Source of the DNA: Thecamonas trahens ATCC 50062
Taxonomy: Eukaryota; Protista; Apusomonadida
Assembly: GCF_000142905.1 (NCBI RefSeq)
Contig: NW_013657669.1
Location: 434,001-498,000 of the forward strand
Direction: 5' to 3'
Length of the DNA: 64,000 nt
In this document: positions 35,293 to 46,050 of the stretch, in pieces
Layout of the letters: every line of letters begins with the position of its first letter
Numbering within the stretch: position 1 is the first letter of the stretch
The notes under the pieces: generated by a model
Database searches by the model: none
What the model was told of the DNA's origin: nothing
Seen by the model: the letters and a program-made list of their open reading frames with translations, nothing else
Program-made: the position numbers and the translations under genes

Positions 35293-36587
35293 ATGAACAT
35301 GCGCGGCCGACCATGCCCAGACCACTGCAACGGCCGAACAGGCAGCCGACGAGAGCCAGTGGAGCTGCACACCGCTCGGGGCGATGGCGAGTAGCGCAGT
35401 GTTGGCCAGCGAGCCAAAGCCCTTGGCTGACCGGCCGCCAACGGCGTCAATCCACGGCTTGACCGCGAGTTTGACCTCGGGCCGAGCCTGGACGTAGATG
35501 AGCTCTTTGGCGGGCGTGTTGAGTGCATACTTGCAGGTCTTGAGGACGACGACGGCGAAAGCGAGGGCGAGGACCGGTGAGCTCGCCAGGGCAACTGCCC
35601 ACACCACCGCCATGGCCACCAGCGGAAAGGCGAGGAGCGCCGTGCGGAGGCCGACCGCGCGGACAATCGGGCCGGGCCCGGCGAGCGAGACGGCCAGCGT
35701 GGCCACATTGATGACGGTCCCTACGCTAGCCACAAATGCGGCCATTGCCGCGGGCGTCTCGTATGCCGCGCTCGCCGCCATCTTCATGCGGATGTCGATA
35801 AAAGGACGAGGACGTCCGAGGCACACGAGATGATGGTCATGTGTGCAATGAACGAGCCGTAAGTGGCAAGCAGCTCGAGCGCGCCTGGGTTCCTTTTGCC
35901 TGCACCAGCAGCAGCAGCAGCGGCAGCGCGGGCGTGCGCCCTCCCGTCCTCCTCGGACGTCTCGGATGCGGTGTCGGAGGCGCGGAGCTCGTCGAGGTTC
36001 TCTGCGGCGAGCGATGCCGGCGATGCGGCGAGAGCGGCGAGCGCCGACGCAGTGCCGGCAATCGCTGCCGCGCCGCCAGCGGCTACCAGCACGCTTGGGC
36101 TTTGGTAGGCGTCTGCAAGGCAGGAGGCGGCGTACGATGCGGCGAGCGCACCGAGTTGCTGGGTGACGGTCAGGCGCGGGTAGACGACTAGCGCCTTTTC
36201 GGCGTGTATGCCACATGAAATGCACGACCACATCATGGTGACTGTCAGCGAGCCGACCGATTCAATGAGGGCGTAGGCAGCGTAGGCAGCGGCGAGCGAG
36301 CCGGTGGCTGCGGCCGGGACGAGGACGAGAGCGAGAGCGGAGAAGATGGCGATCTGCGCAGCTGCGACGACGGCGACAAGGCGGGAGAGGGATAGCGACG
36401 AAACGCCGGTGTTGTACAGATGTAGTACCGGGAAGAGGAAGGCCATAGTGCAGAGCTTGGCCTGCGGCTCGCGGGTCACCCCGCCGTCGACGCCCATGAG
36501 GACGGCGACCTTGAGAGGGCGGACGAGCCAGTACGCCGCCACCGTTCCCGCCAGCGCACCACCCCACAACACATACCGCCACTGCAT
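35272..36587 (-). CDS. NTT/TLC-family (ATP:ADP antiporter-like) MFS transporter; frameshift at 35800-35803
   Basis: AYWLVRPLK, ESVGSLTVTMMWS, A..VYP....QQLGA, KYALNTPAKELIY....EVK...KPWIDAVGGRSAKGFGS; many TM helices. One extra T joins the two ORFs. Confidence 0.8.
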
Positions 36588-36734
36588 GCTCACCTGACCT
36601 GAGCTGGTGGTGGATGGGGTTGGGTGGTGAGCTGGGAGAAGGCGAGGGCGAGAAGCAGATGGCGGCGAGGGCGGGACGGGGCGAGTTGGCGATGCGGTGC
36701 GATGTGGTGCGATGCGGTGCGATGTGGTGTGATC

Positions 36735-36858
36735 TGTGTGTGTATGTGTGTGTATGTGTGTGATCTGTGTGTGTATGTGTGTGTATGTGTGTATGTATGT
36801 ATGTATGTATGTGTGTATGTATGTATGTGTATGTGTATGTGTGTGTGTGTGTGTGTAT
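36735..36858. repeat. (TG/TATG)n microsatellite followed by a poly-C tract
   Basis: Direct inspection. Confidence 0.9.
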
Positions 36859-36930
36859 CTCCCTCCCCCTCCCCCCCCCCCCCCCCTCCCCCCCGCACAG
36901 ATTCTCCTCCCACTCGTCTCCCACGTCACC

Positions 36931-37386
36931 ATGGGTATACTCACACACACACGTGTGCTGTTTGCACAGGCTGGCGTTCTCGGTCTCTTTGCCGCTGTGG
37001 CTCTGGTCGCTCCGCTGGTGGTCCTCGATGCAGCCGTGCCTGCTGCAACAGGCAAGGCTCAGGCGCTGCGGACGGGCGTGGCGTCGGACGTGGTCATGCT
37101 GTTGGGCGGAGCAGGTGGCCTTGCTGCGGCTGCACTCTCTGCTGCACTTGCTCGTCATGTCCGATACGACGTGGTTACCCGTGGCGAGGTCTCGGCTGTC
37201 TGCGCCGCCGCCTGGCTCGCCACAGCTGTCGTCGCCATGCTCTTCACTGCCTCGGGGAGATGGCACCTCTCAGCCATGATGCTCCTCCTCACCATCTCCA
37301 CCCTCATGTCGGCTCTCTTTTCCATGCTCGCTGTCAATGACCTCTCCACCGTCGCACGCTTCAACTCGCGATCTTATCCAGACTAA
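36931..37386 (+). CDS. Small 4-TM membrane protein of unknown function
   Basis: ATG 36931; four hydrophobic segments in 151 aa. Confidence 0.6.
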   Translation: MGILTHTRVLFAQAGVLGLFAAVALVAPLVVLDAAVPAATGKAQALRTGVASDVVMLLGGAGGLAAAALSAALARHVRYDVVTRGEVSAVCAAAWLATAVVAMLFTASGRWHLSAMMLLLTISTLMSALFSMLAVNDLSTVARFNSRSYPD

Positions 37387-37709
37387 TCGGCTGTCTGCAC
37401 CAGCTGCTGGCCCTAACCCCGCACACTCCCACCCGGCTCACCCTTTGCCAACTGCGGCTACTGTGGCCGTAACCAACTTCCTCCCAATCTCCCCCATACC
37501 TCGCCTCACCATCCCAACCCCCAACCCTTCTCCTAAACTCAATAGCCATCTCCATCGCCACCCCCATACATCCACCATCAGCCCCCGTTTCCACACTGCC
37601 CGCCCTCCCTCCCTCCCCACGCGTCGTCCCGTCACTTCTGCCGGAAGAAACTGCCGCTGCCACCGCTCTCTCGCTCCCGCTCCCGCACTCGACCCGCCAC
37701 CCACGGGCA

Positions 37710-40700
37710 ATGTCGGTGCCCGAGTCTGCCATTGTGGACATCCTCACCTCGCCAATCTACCGGTCTGTCTCGTCCAAGGCTGCTGCACTGGCTCACCTCT
37801 TTGCCTCGTCTGCTGCTCCGCTCTCGGCTGCTCTTGCTGCCACCCAGGCTGACCATGCCGCTGCGCAGGCGTCCTTCACTCGCCTGCTGGCCGCGCTCGA
37901 CCACGATCCGTCCATGCTGTCTCGCGCTGCCTCCGCCTCGCCACCCCGCCGGCCGCGCCAACCTCTGGCCTCGCCGCTTGCTGGACTCGCGCCACTGCCA
38001 CCCATCGCAGCATCGCTGTCGACACCTGCGCTGTCGCCGTCGTCATCGCCATCGCCGCCACGTCGGCTGGCCTCTCTGTCGCTGCCGCCAGGCACTCCAC
38101 CACACAGTCTCAGCCCGAGAGCAAGATATGCGTCGCTGGCATCTCGCTCTCCGTCGCGGGTCCGTACAGGATCGACTGCTGCGTCGCCAGAGCCGTCACT
38201 GACTCTTTCGCTGCAGGCAACGCCTGCGATGGGTGCAGCGCGCTGCAGTGAGCTGGTTGCCCGTCCGCGAGCCGGTGTTGAGCTGCGGCTGGGTGATGGG
38301 AGCGACGGCTCGGGTTCGTCGGGCCTGCATCTGCTGGTCATGGCGTTGCTGGCTTCGGACCAGGCGGCACTGGCGCTGCTGGCGGCACAAGACTGTGGCG
38401 TCTTTGACGTTGTCACCTACTACTCTGGTGGCCTGCACCTCGATTCGCGCGCATATGAGGGCCGGATGGACCGACTCCCTGTCGAGACCGTCTTTGACAA
38501 AATCTTTTACGACGCGGTCGTCTCATCGGCGCTCGACGGCAAGACGATTGAGGCGCTCTCGCACCAGCTCGACACGGTCTCACCCGTTCGCGCCCTGCTC
38601 AAGGCCGCAGGCCTCGCGGTGACCTCCAAGTACGAGGTGCTCTCGCCGGGCGCGCGAGCCCGGTTTGCCACCTCGGCACAGTCGCTGGCGCCGCACTGCG
38701 TTCCGGTGATCGTGCACGGCAAGGCCGAGGGTCCGCGGACCGAGGCCAGCATCACATACACCAACGTCAAGGTGCGGTTCCATGCCGGCGCGGTTGATGT
38801 GGCGCTCGCCGACGGCGACGACGCCGTCCACCCGCTCCATGGCGTCATCATCGCCCTTGTCGCGTCTGATGCTGCCCAGCTCGACGAGTGTGGCCGCATG
38901 CTCTCGCTCCCGGTGGGGACCGCGACAGTGACCGTCTCGGCACCGCTTGTCCGCGACGGCGCATCGGGCATGCTCGAGCTGGCGCGGGTCCGGACCGAGC
39001 TTGCTCTCGAGTTCAAGGCAGAGACCAAGGACAACGAGGCGATGCTCCGGCTGCTCCGCGGCGAGGTGCTCAAGCGGTCGCCTGTCCGGCTCGTCCTCGC
39101 GGCTGCTGGCGTGGCGCTCACTGATGTGTGGACGTTGACTGAGAGCACTTCGTCGATGGTCGGCAGTGGGCTGGCGGTCGGCGGACCGGCCGCGGGCATT
39201 GCCGCCGCGTACGACCCTTTCTCCATCGCCGACGCCGAGACCCGGCGGCGTATCCATGCTGCGTTTGTCAAGTGCGACTCGGACGGCTCATCGTTTATCG
39301 ACCGCTCCGAGTTTCGCCAGCTCGCGTACATGATGGGCGTTCTACTGACCGAGAGCGAGCTCGACGCCGCGCTGGCCGCCATCGACCTCGACAACGACGC
39401 GCAGATCTCCGAGGCCGAGTTTGCCAAGTGGTGGCTGGCCGGCATGCCCGGCTTTGGCGCGGCTGGCCCCGACGAGTCCGGCCTCGCTCTTGGCCACCAG
39501 CGCCACACCACGGACGGAAACCTCACTGCGCTCAAGCTCAAGCTCTCGTCGCAGGTCTTCTCCAAGCAATCGTCGTTTGTGCTGCGGTCAGTCCGCTCGG
39601 CGGCGTCCGAGCTCGAGCTCGAGCGGGCCGCTGAGCGCAGAGCCGCCGCGGATGTCAACGACGACATGCTGGGGAGCCATCTGCGGCTGCGCGCCGGGCC
39701 GATGGCCCGCGCGCCACCGGCCTCCCAACGGAGCATGGCCAGTGTTCGCCTTGTCTGCGACGAGAGCGAGGTCGCGCCGCACTGCGGGCCGGATCGCAGC
39801 GAACCGGCTCGCTTTGAGGTTGTGGTCTCGGTTCGGGCCGGGCTGGGGCGAGCTGACGCCGACACCATCGCCGACGAGCTCTGTGAGCTGCTGGCTCTCG
39901 CGCTGCTGCCTGTCGAGGATGTCGACGATCCGCAAGTCACGGTCCGCGACTCGACCGAGGTCTCGTCCGGCCTGGTTCTGGTGGTGAGCATCGGGCTTCC
40001 GGCAACGAAGCAGTCGATGATGGTCCAGATGGTGCTGAAGCAGTTGCAGATCCGTGAGCTGCACGGCGAGGTCGAGTGCTCGCAGCGGCCCGGCGGGCCC
40101 AAGGCCGAACCCGCGGTTGCCGTCACGCTTGACGCAGTTGCGTCAGACATGGCGCTGCATGTCCTGGGCCGGGTTCGCCGCAATGGCGTCGGTGCCACCT
40201 GGATCGGGCCGGTCATCGAGGCACTGCGCCACGCTAGCGTAACCGCCGACATCTCGCTGGCGGCACCAGCCGACCTTGCCGACTGCCTCCCGCTTGGCGA
40301 CGGCGATGACTCGGACAACGAGAGTGATGACGAGAGCGTGGATGAGGGCGAGGGCGAGAGCAACAGGCCGGGTGCGGGCCGGGCCAGTAGCATCCGACAC
40401 CAGCTGCGCAAGCTGCTCAAGGCCAAGAATCTTTGGGCTACACTCGCTGACATGTTAATGCCGTTCTTTGACAAGCTGCACGCAGCTGCAGGTGTCATCG
40501 ACGCCGCTATGAGCTCAACCTCGGACTCGGTCTCGTCCGACGATGACGACGACGGACCAAGCATTGCCGACGCTATGGTCGCCATGCACGAGCGGCTGCA
40601 GGGCCTTGTCGCGGCTCGGTTGGTCATCGGCAAGGGCACCATGCTCGAGGTTACATGCCGCAACTTTGACATCTTTGGTCTCTTCCCGACAGCCTCCACG

Positions 40701-41408
40701 CTGCACGAGTACCGTGTGGCGCGGCGGAATCGGGCATCTGCTGCTGCGAGCACTGTCGCTGCTGACTGCGACGGTGGCGCGGCAAGTGACGACGGCCTGT
40801 ACTGGGGCGAGTTCGGCGTGCGCTCGTTCAAAGTCACGCTCGTCGGCCCGCCCAAGTCTGGCAAGTCGACCTTGGTGGCGGCGCGGACTGCTGCATCGAC
40901 GTGGAGCCGCGCGATGCGCAAAGCCGGGACCGGGGTGGCCGCGGGCGTGAGCCCACCGACCAAGGTCTCGTGCGTTGTCGACGGCGAGCCGGTCTACGCC
41001 CATCTGTGGGAGACGCCCGGGGGGCGGGGCGAAGCTGCGTCAAAGCAGCGGACCATGGCCGCCATCAACACCGACGTGTTTGTTCTCGTGTGCGACGGCA
41101 ACGATGAGGCCTCGCTGCAGGCGGCGCTGGACATGTGGAGCCCACAGCTCGGTCCGGCCCAGGCGAGCGCACCGTTTGTGGTCGCCGCCACCTATGGCGC
41201 CCGGCGCGGACGCAAGGCGATCAACCTGCGACAGGCGCGCAAGGAGGCGCGAACCGCTGGCGCGCTCCACTTTGCCACCGTCGATCTGGACGACTGGCGC
41301 TCGGTGGACGAGCTCTTTGCCCTCGCCACCGAGGTCGCCGTCAACGCCGCCGCCGCTGCCGAGCCGATCTCGCCGGCCTCGCCGATGCTCCCTGCAGCAC
41401 TCCAGTAG
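37710..41408 (+). CDS. Large protein: duplicated unnamed domain + EF-hand pair + C-terminal degenerate Rho/Rab-like GTPase
   Basis: EF loops DSDGSSFIDRSEF and DLDNDAQISEAEF; FKVTLVGPPKSGKSTL, HLWETPG, TDVFVLVCD, VDELF. Confidence 0.8.
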   Translation: MSVPESAIVDILTSPIYRSVSSKAAALAHLFASSAAPLSAALAATQADHAAAQASFTRLLAALDHDPSMLSRAASASPPRRPRQPLASPLAGLAPLPPIAASLSTPALSPSSSPSPPRRLASLSLPPGTPPHSLSPRARYASLASRSPSRVRTGSTAASPEPSLTLSLQATPAMGAARCSELVARPRAGVELRLGDGSDGSGSSGLHLLVMALLASDQAALALLAAQDCGVFDVVTYYSGGLHLDSRAYEGRMDRLPVETVFDKIFYDAVVSSALDGKTIEALSHQLDTVSPVRALLKAAGLAVTSKYEVLSPGARARFATSAQSLAPHCVPVIVHGKAEGPRTEASITYTNVKVRFHAGAVDVALADGDDAVHPLHGVIIALVASDAAQLDECGRMLSLPVGTATVTVSAPLVRDGASGMLELARVRTELALEFKAETKDNEAMLRLLRGEVLKRSPVRLVLAAAGVALTDVWTLTESTSSMVGSGLAVGGPAAGIAAAYDPFSIADAETRRRIHAAFVKCDSDGSSFIDRSEFRQLAYMMGVLLTESELDAALAAIDLDNDAQISEAEFAKWWLAGMPGFGAAGPDESGLALGHQRHTTDGNLTALKLKLSSQVFSKQSSFVLRSVRSAASELELERAAERRAAADVNDDMLGSHLRLRAGPMARAPPASQRSMASVRLVCDESEVAPHCGPDRSEPARFEVVVSVRAGLGRADADTIADELCELLALALLPVEDVDDPQVTVRDSTEVSSGLVLVVSIGLPATKQSMMVQMVLKQLQIRELHGEVECSQRPGGPKAEPAVAVTLDAVASDMALHVLGRVRRNGVGATWIGPVIEALRHASVTADISLAAPADLADCLPLGDGDDSDNESDDESVDEGEGESNRPGAGRASSIRHQLRKLLKAKNLWATLADMLMPFFDKLHAAAGVIDAAMSSTSDSVSSDDDDDGPSIADAMVAMHERLQGLVAARLVIGKGTMLEVTCRNFDIFGLFPTASTLHEYRVARRNRASAAASTVAADCDGGAASDDGLYWGEFGVRSFKVTLVGPPKSGKSTLVAARTAASTWSRAMRKAGTGVAAGVSPPTKVSCVVDGEPVYAHLWETPGGRGEAASKQRTMAAINTDVFVLVCDGNDEASLQAALDMWSPQLGPAQASAPFVVAATYGARRGRKAINLRQARKEARTAGALHFATVDLDDWRSVDELFALATEVAVNAAAAAEPISPASPMLPAALQ

Positions 41409-41616
41409 CTAGCGACGCGCGATGAAGAAAATCTGGGACAGAGTAGGTCGACGGCATTCGAGCGGTGTCCATGGAGTGTGGTTGGCGGCCAGTGGCGAGG
41501 AATGCGTCCCCAGGTCGCCCAGAGCCAGAGCCGACGCCCGAGCACCCAAGGCGCCCCCCTGCTGCTAAGTCAACTCAACCCCTCACTCGAACCACACGAC
41601 TCTTGCGACGCATTCC

Positions 41617-42483
41617 ATGGGCGGAGCGCTGTCGAGTGCGGATGCGCGGGTGCGACTGGAGCGGTACCTTCCGGTATGTACAGTGTTCGGTGTTTGTAGT
41701 GGGGGGGGGGGGGGGAGGTCGGCTCGGGCTGACGACGACAATGGCTCACATCAGGGAGGGAGGGGGCGACCGAGGGGCGAGCAGTTCACAGAGACGGAGC
41801 AAGATGTGCTCAATCACTGCGCGTCGAGTGTGTCCAGGTCGACTGCGCTGGGACTGCTGGGCGGATCGGCGCCGCTGCTGGTGCTGTCGCGCCGGTTTCC
41901 GACCCGAATCAACGTCTTCACCTACATGATCGGAGGTGGGTTCGGGCTCTGGCTCGGCTATCGTGCGGGAGTGAGCTCGTGCGAGGAGCGACTGGCGAGC
42001 AACACGGACTCGGCGTTGCTGGCCGAGCTCAAGGTGCTGATGCAGGAGGCTGCCCCGTCGCGGACCGACTTTCCCTGGCAGTACATCTCGTCCGACGAGT
42101 TGGAGGCCATGCGGGCCGCAGATGTTCGTGAGCCGCCGCGGGCGGTGCGGCGGACCCAGCGCGCGCTCGAGCATGGCGCAGCGGTGGTGGTGGGGAGCGA
42201 ATGGGAGGGCGATGATGGCGAGAGAGATGGCGAGGCTGACGCTAGCGTCCCCGAGCCAGCCACCGTCGCGCATGAGCCAGCCGCACCACAGTTACGGCTG
42301 GTGCCGCAGCGGCGGCTGGAGGACCGGGCCACAAGTCCGTGGAACGACCCGATGCTCACGCCTGACCGCTCTCATGGAGCACCGCCTGTGCAGAAAGTTA
42401 ACGATGCGGGTGGACCTGAAGAGAACTCGTACTATCGGCTGCGCGAGCGGGCACGGCAGCGGAGCAGGGTCGGCGGCGAGTGA
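41617..42483 (+). CDS. OCIA-domain-like membrane protein; in-frame intron 41674-41754
   Basis: TEQDVLNHC..two Gly-rich TM helices..GYRAGVSSCEERL..SALLAELK resembles the OCIAD pattern; GTATGT..CAG 81-nt intron with poly-G. Confidence 0.55.
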   Translation: MGGALSSADARVRLERYLPVCTVFGVCSGGGGGRSARADDDNGSHQGGRGRPRGEQFTETEQDVLNHCASSVSRSTALGLLGGSAPLLVLSRRFPTRINVFTYMIGGGFGLWLGYRAGVSSCEERLASNTDSALLAELKVLMQEAAPSRTDFPWQYISSDELEAMRAADVREPPRAVRRTQRALEHGAAVVVGSEWEGDDGERDGEADASVPEPATVAHEPAAPQLRLVPQRRLEDRATSPWNDPMLTPDRSHGAPPVQKVNDAGGPEENSYYRLRERARQRSRVGGE

Positions 42484-42653
42484 GAACATGCCCCCAAAGT
42501 GCGGTGGCTAGGCGGGAGTGCGAAACCCATTTGGGGGCGGAGAGCAAAATTTCGCTCTCGTACTTGAACTTGCGGCGTGCCACGCTTTTCTTGGTGTGGA
42601 CAGTCACTTGAACGTGACGGTCTGCGCGGGAAGAGCGCTATTTTCGTGTAGAC

Positions 42654-42902
42654 GCTGGGTCCTTGTACGCCCTACAGTCTCCGCTAGGACATCCCCGATG
42701 GGGGACGCCCTCTCGGAGTTAAAAATGCGGAAACCGCAGGAGGCGAGACATCGAACACTGTCACCGCATGCTGGGGAAAGGTGCAGGGACGGCCTAGCTG
42801 AGCGAGGTGGCGTACACTACCGTGCAAATGATCGTCAGGGACTTGAGTCATTTGCCAGGGTCTTGCGGCGGGGACCTGTAGCACTAGCCTAATTCTCTTT
42901 TT
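42654..42902 (+). ncRNA. Candidate structured non-coding RNA (family unassigned)
   Basis: Several nested complementary helices, a 5'/3' closing stem and a terminal TTTTT, inside an unusually long convergent intergenic gap. Confidence 0.45.
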
Positions 42903-43015
42903 GCTCCAGCCACGACCCTCTGGTGAAACAGCCCACACCACCACTGCCGTCGTACCACTACCGTGGTGGGCTGTTTTACCTGGCCAGACGAGCAAACGGG
43001 GACCACACGGTTCAA

Positions 43016-44687
43016 TCAACACTGCGAGAGAGCGAGTATCGGTGGCGGCGACGGAGCGCGCGAGGGCGGCGGCGGAAGAGCGAGGGCGGCGGCCTCGACG
43101 TCGGCCTTGACCCGTTTGAACAGCTTCTTGAACTCAAACATGTCGCCACGGGCGCGCATAAACTCGGCCATCACCCGCTTGGTACCGCCGCGGAAGAGCC
43201 GTACCACGAGCGAGAGCTGGCCGAACCGAGTCGAGTATGTGACGAGGAGGCGGAACTGGTCTGGGATGGGCCGGACGCGGGCGCCGGCGGCCTCGAGCGC
43301 GTCGGCGATGAGGCGGAACAAGGCGACAGCCGGAACGTCGAGCGAGATGCGGGTCATCCGCTCGACCACCTCCTTGAACTCGTTGAGCTGCGTGGCGGCC
43401 GACGGCCCGGCGGTGGCGTAAAGATCGGCGGCGCGGATCGGCTGCGACTGCGCCATTTCGCAGAAGGCGGCCGACGAGGTTGGTGCGGCCTTGACCGCCA
43501 CCGACACGTGCTCGAGCTCGGGCTGCGACATGGCAAACGCCGATGTGGTCCGCGATACCTGCGGGAGTAGCCTCCGCCGCTTGGCTGACGGCGACGGCGA
43601 CGGCGAGGCAACCGTCAGCGCCGCCAGGTGCCGTGTCGGCGACGACGAGACCGGGGCACGCCCGCGCTTGCGCCCGTCGTCGCCATCGCCGGTCAGCCAG
43701 CCACACTGCTGGATCTGCTGGATGGTCGGCCGCTTCTCCGGATCGAGCACAAAGATGGTGCGGAGGAGGGCGAGTGCGGGCGGCGGGAGCGAGGACCACG
43801 GCGCAAAGTCAAAGTTGCCCTCGGTGATGGCCGTGTACTCGAAGCATGCATGCGTCGGCGAGTCCCACGGGAGTTGGCCGGTGAGGAGGACAAAGAGGAC
43901 AGCGCCAACCGACCAGACGTCAGCCGGCGGCCCACGGTACGAGCCGGTCAGCACTTCGGGTGCCACGTACGGCGGCGAGCCGCACCGGGTCGTCAGCACC
44001 CGCTCGCTCCCGTTGTCGTCGAGAAAGTCGGTGGCAAAGCCAAAGTCGGTGATGCGGACGCTGCCTGCCGCGTCGAGCAGGATGTTCTCGGGCTTGATGT
44101 CGCGGTGCGCCACGCCGATCGAGTGCAGATACTCGACGCCGACTAGAAGCTGCGCAAAGTACGCCTTGGCCAGCTCGGAGTGCATGCCCACGTCTGGCTC
44201 GATGCGGTCAAAGAGCTCACCGCCGGCTGCAAGCTCCAGAAATACATACAGGACCTCGGGGTCCGAGTTGACAAACTTGATCATGTGCACCACGTGGGGG
44301 TGGTCGAGCTTGGTGTGGATGAGGAACTCTTGCTGCAGCACAGGATTGGCCTTCATCGCCGCCATCGGAATGATCTTCACCGCCACATACTCGCCGGTGT
44401 GCACATTGCGGGCCGCCTTGACTCTGTGAGGTGTGTGAGTGTGGGTGGGGATAGCTTGCGCTCACTGGCCAAAGTCTGGGGGGGAGGAGGCTGGTGGTCT
44501 GAAAAAGGTCGTGGTCCGAAAAAAGGTCGTACTTTGAGAACTCGCCGACACCGATGGTGTGTTCCAGAATGTAGTCTTCAACTCTGCGGCCGCGCTGTGA
44601 TGATTGCGTGCACTGAGAGAGCTGCGAGAATGCCAGCGTCGGATCGTCGTCCGAGACTGGCGACTCTTCCCGGTCTCGGTAAGCCAT
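43016..44687 (-). CDS. CHK1: Checkpoint kinase 1; intron 44532-44424
   Basis: IGVGEFSK|VK, VAVK, GGELFDRIEPDVGM, HRDIKPENILLD, DFG, SQ sites (MSQPE, QSQP), KA1-type RMTRI and EFMRARGDMFEFKKLF. Confidence 0.93.
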
Positions 44688-45093
44688 GCACGCGTGAGTG
44701 ACGGGGAGGGGGGGGGGGGGGCGGGAGCACTCACGCGGTGGGTGTGGAGGGGGGTGGTGGGGTGTGGTGGGGGGGGCTGAAGGATGAGGGGAGGAGTGTT
44801 GCGTGGAAGGAGAAGTGTTGCGTGGAGTGAAGAGTGTAGAGTGTGGTGTGTGGTGTGTGGTGTGTGGTGTGTATGTGGTGTGTGTGTGGTTAGGGGTGGC
44901 GGTGGTGGTGGGGGCAATGAGTTGGCGTTTGGCGCCAGCGCGAGTTGAAGCCAGCCCCCTGCACGGACAATGCGACTTCCTCCTCCCTCCTCCCCCCCTC
45001 CCCCCCCCCTCCCCCTCCCACGCAAGCAGTATTCCCACACACACACATACTACACACACACACACACATACCTACACACACACACGCGCACTG

Positions 45094-46050
45094 ATGGCCT
45101 CCCCTACCACAGTTGCCGCCGCCTTTGCTTTCGCCTTTCTCACGGCGAGCCTTGCCCTTGCCTCTCCTGGCTCTGGCCAAAGTGCACCTGCACCTGTGCC
45201 GGTCGTCCTCATGCACGGCATTGATGCGACATCGGCGTCGATGGACCACGCCGAGGCGCTGACCAAGAGGCTGCTACCGGGAGTGTTTGTGTACAAGGTC
45301 AAGATCGAGAACGACACCATTCCAGACTCGATCTTTGTCAACATGTCCGGTCAGGTGGCGAGCATGGCCAAGCAGTTCAAGGCCATTCCCCAGCTTGCGG
45401 GCGGCTTTAATCTTCTCTGTGTCTCGCAGGGTGGACAGAACTGCCGCGGCTACATCGAGCTCGTCAACGATCCGCCGGTTAACGCCTTCATCTCCTGGGT
45501 CGCCGTCCAGGGCGGCATCTGGGGCGTACCCAATCTCGGCCCGTTCAACCCACTCGTCGACCACGTGCTCAACACCATCCCCTACAACAGCGAGATCCAG
45601 GCCCACGTCGCGCCGGCCAACTACTGGAAAGACCCCTACAAGCTTGCCGAGTACACTACGCGCTGCACCTGGCTTCCGATGCTCAACAACAACCCTGATG
45701 CCCCGTCGCATCCGGATCCTGCCCGCAAAGCCCGCTTTGCCTCGCTCACCCACCTCGTCGCCCTCTACTCGCACGTCGATACCGTGCTTATCCCCAAGGA
45801 GACCGGCTGGTTCTGGTTCTATGCCGCTGACTCGGCATCGCGTCTCGTCCCGGTCAACGACACTGCGCTCTACCGCGACGACTGGTTCGGTCTGCGCTCG
45901 CTCGACGCCGATGGTCGCATCACCTGGGGCACCACCACCTGCCACCACCAGGACTACTCCTCGCCCTGCTTTGACAACCACTTTGTCAAGTACGTCATCC
46001 CTGTCCTTGCAGCCCCCATGGGCGCCCGATCGCGCGGCGGCTATTTCTAG
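45094..46050 (+). CDS. PPT1: Palmitoyl-protein thioesterase (secreted/lysosomal)
   Basis: Signal peptide, PVVLMHGI, nucleophile VSQGG, QGGIWGVP, NYWKDP, DTVLIP, LY.DD.FGLRSLD..GR. Confidence 0.88.
   Translation: MASPTTVAAAFAFAFLTASLALASPGSGQSAPAPVPVVLMHGIDATSASMDHAEALTKRLLPGVFVYKVKIENDTIPDSIFVNMSGQVASMAKQFKAIPQLAGGFNLLCVSQGGQNCRGYIELVNDPPVNAFISWVAVQGGIWGVPNLGPFNPLVDHVLNTIPYNSEIQAHVAPANYWKDPYKLAEYTTRCTWLPMLNNNPDAPSHPDPARKARFASLTHLVALYSHVDTVLIPKETGWFWFYAADSASRLVPVNDTALYRDDWFGLRSLDADGRITWGTTTCHHQDYSSPCFDNHFVKYVIPVLAAPMGARSRGGYF

Noticed and set aside
38507-40963. Long antisense ORFs (818 aa here; also 17924-19891, 58560-60020, 56688-58157)
   Set aside because: Shadow frames expected at high GC3 opposite well-supported genes; no domain motifs.
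42750-42880. Cobalamin-riboswitch-like words (CACTG..GGGAAAGG..GACCTG)
   Set aside because: The core AGGGAA/GGTG/CCC-GC-ACTGT elements are missing; kept only as a generic ncRNA candidate.
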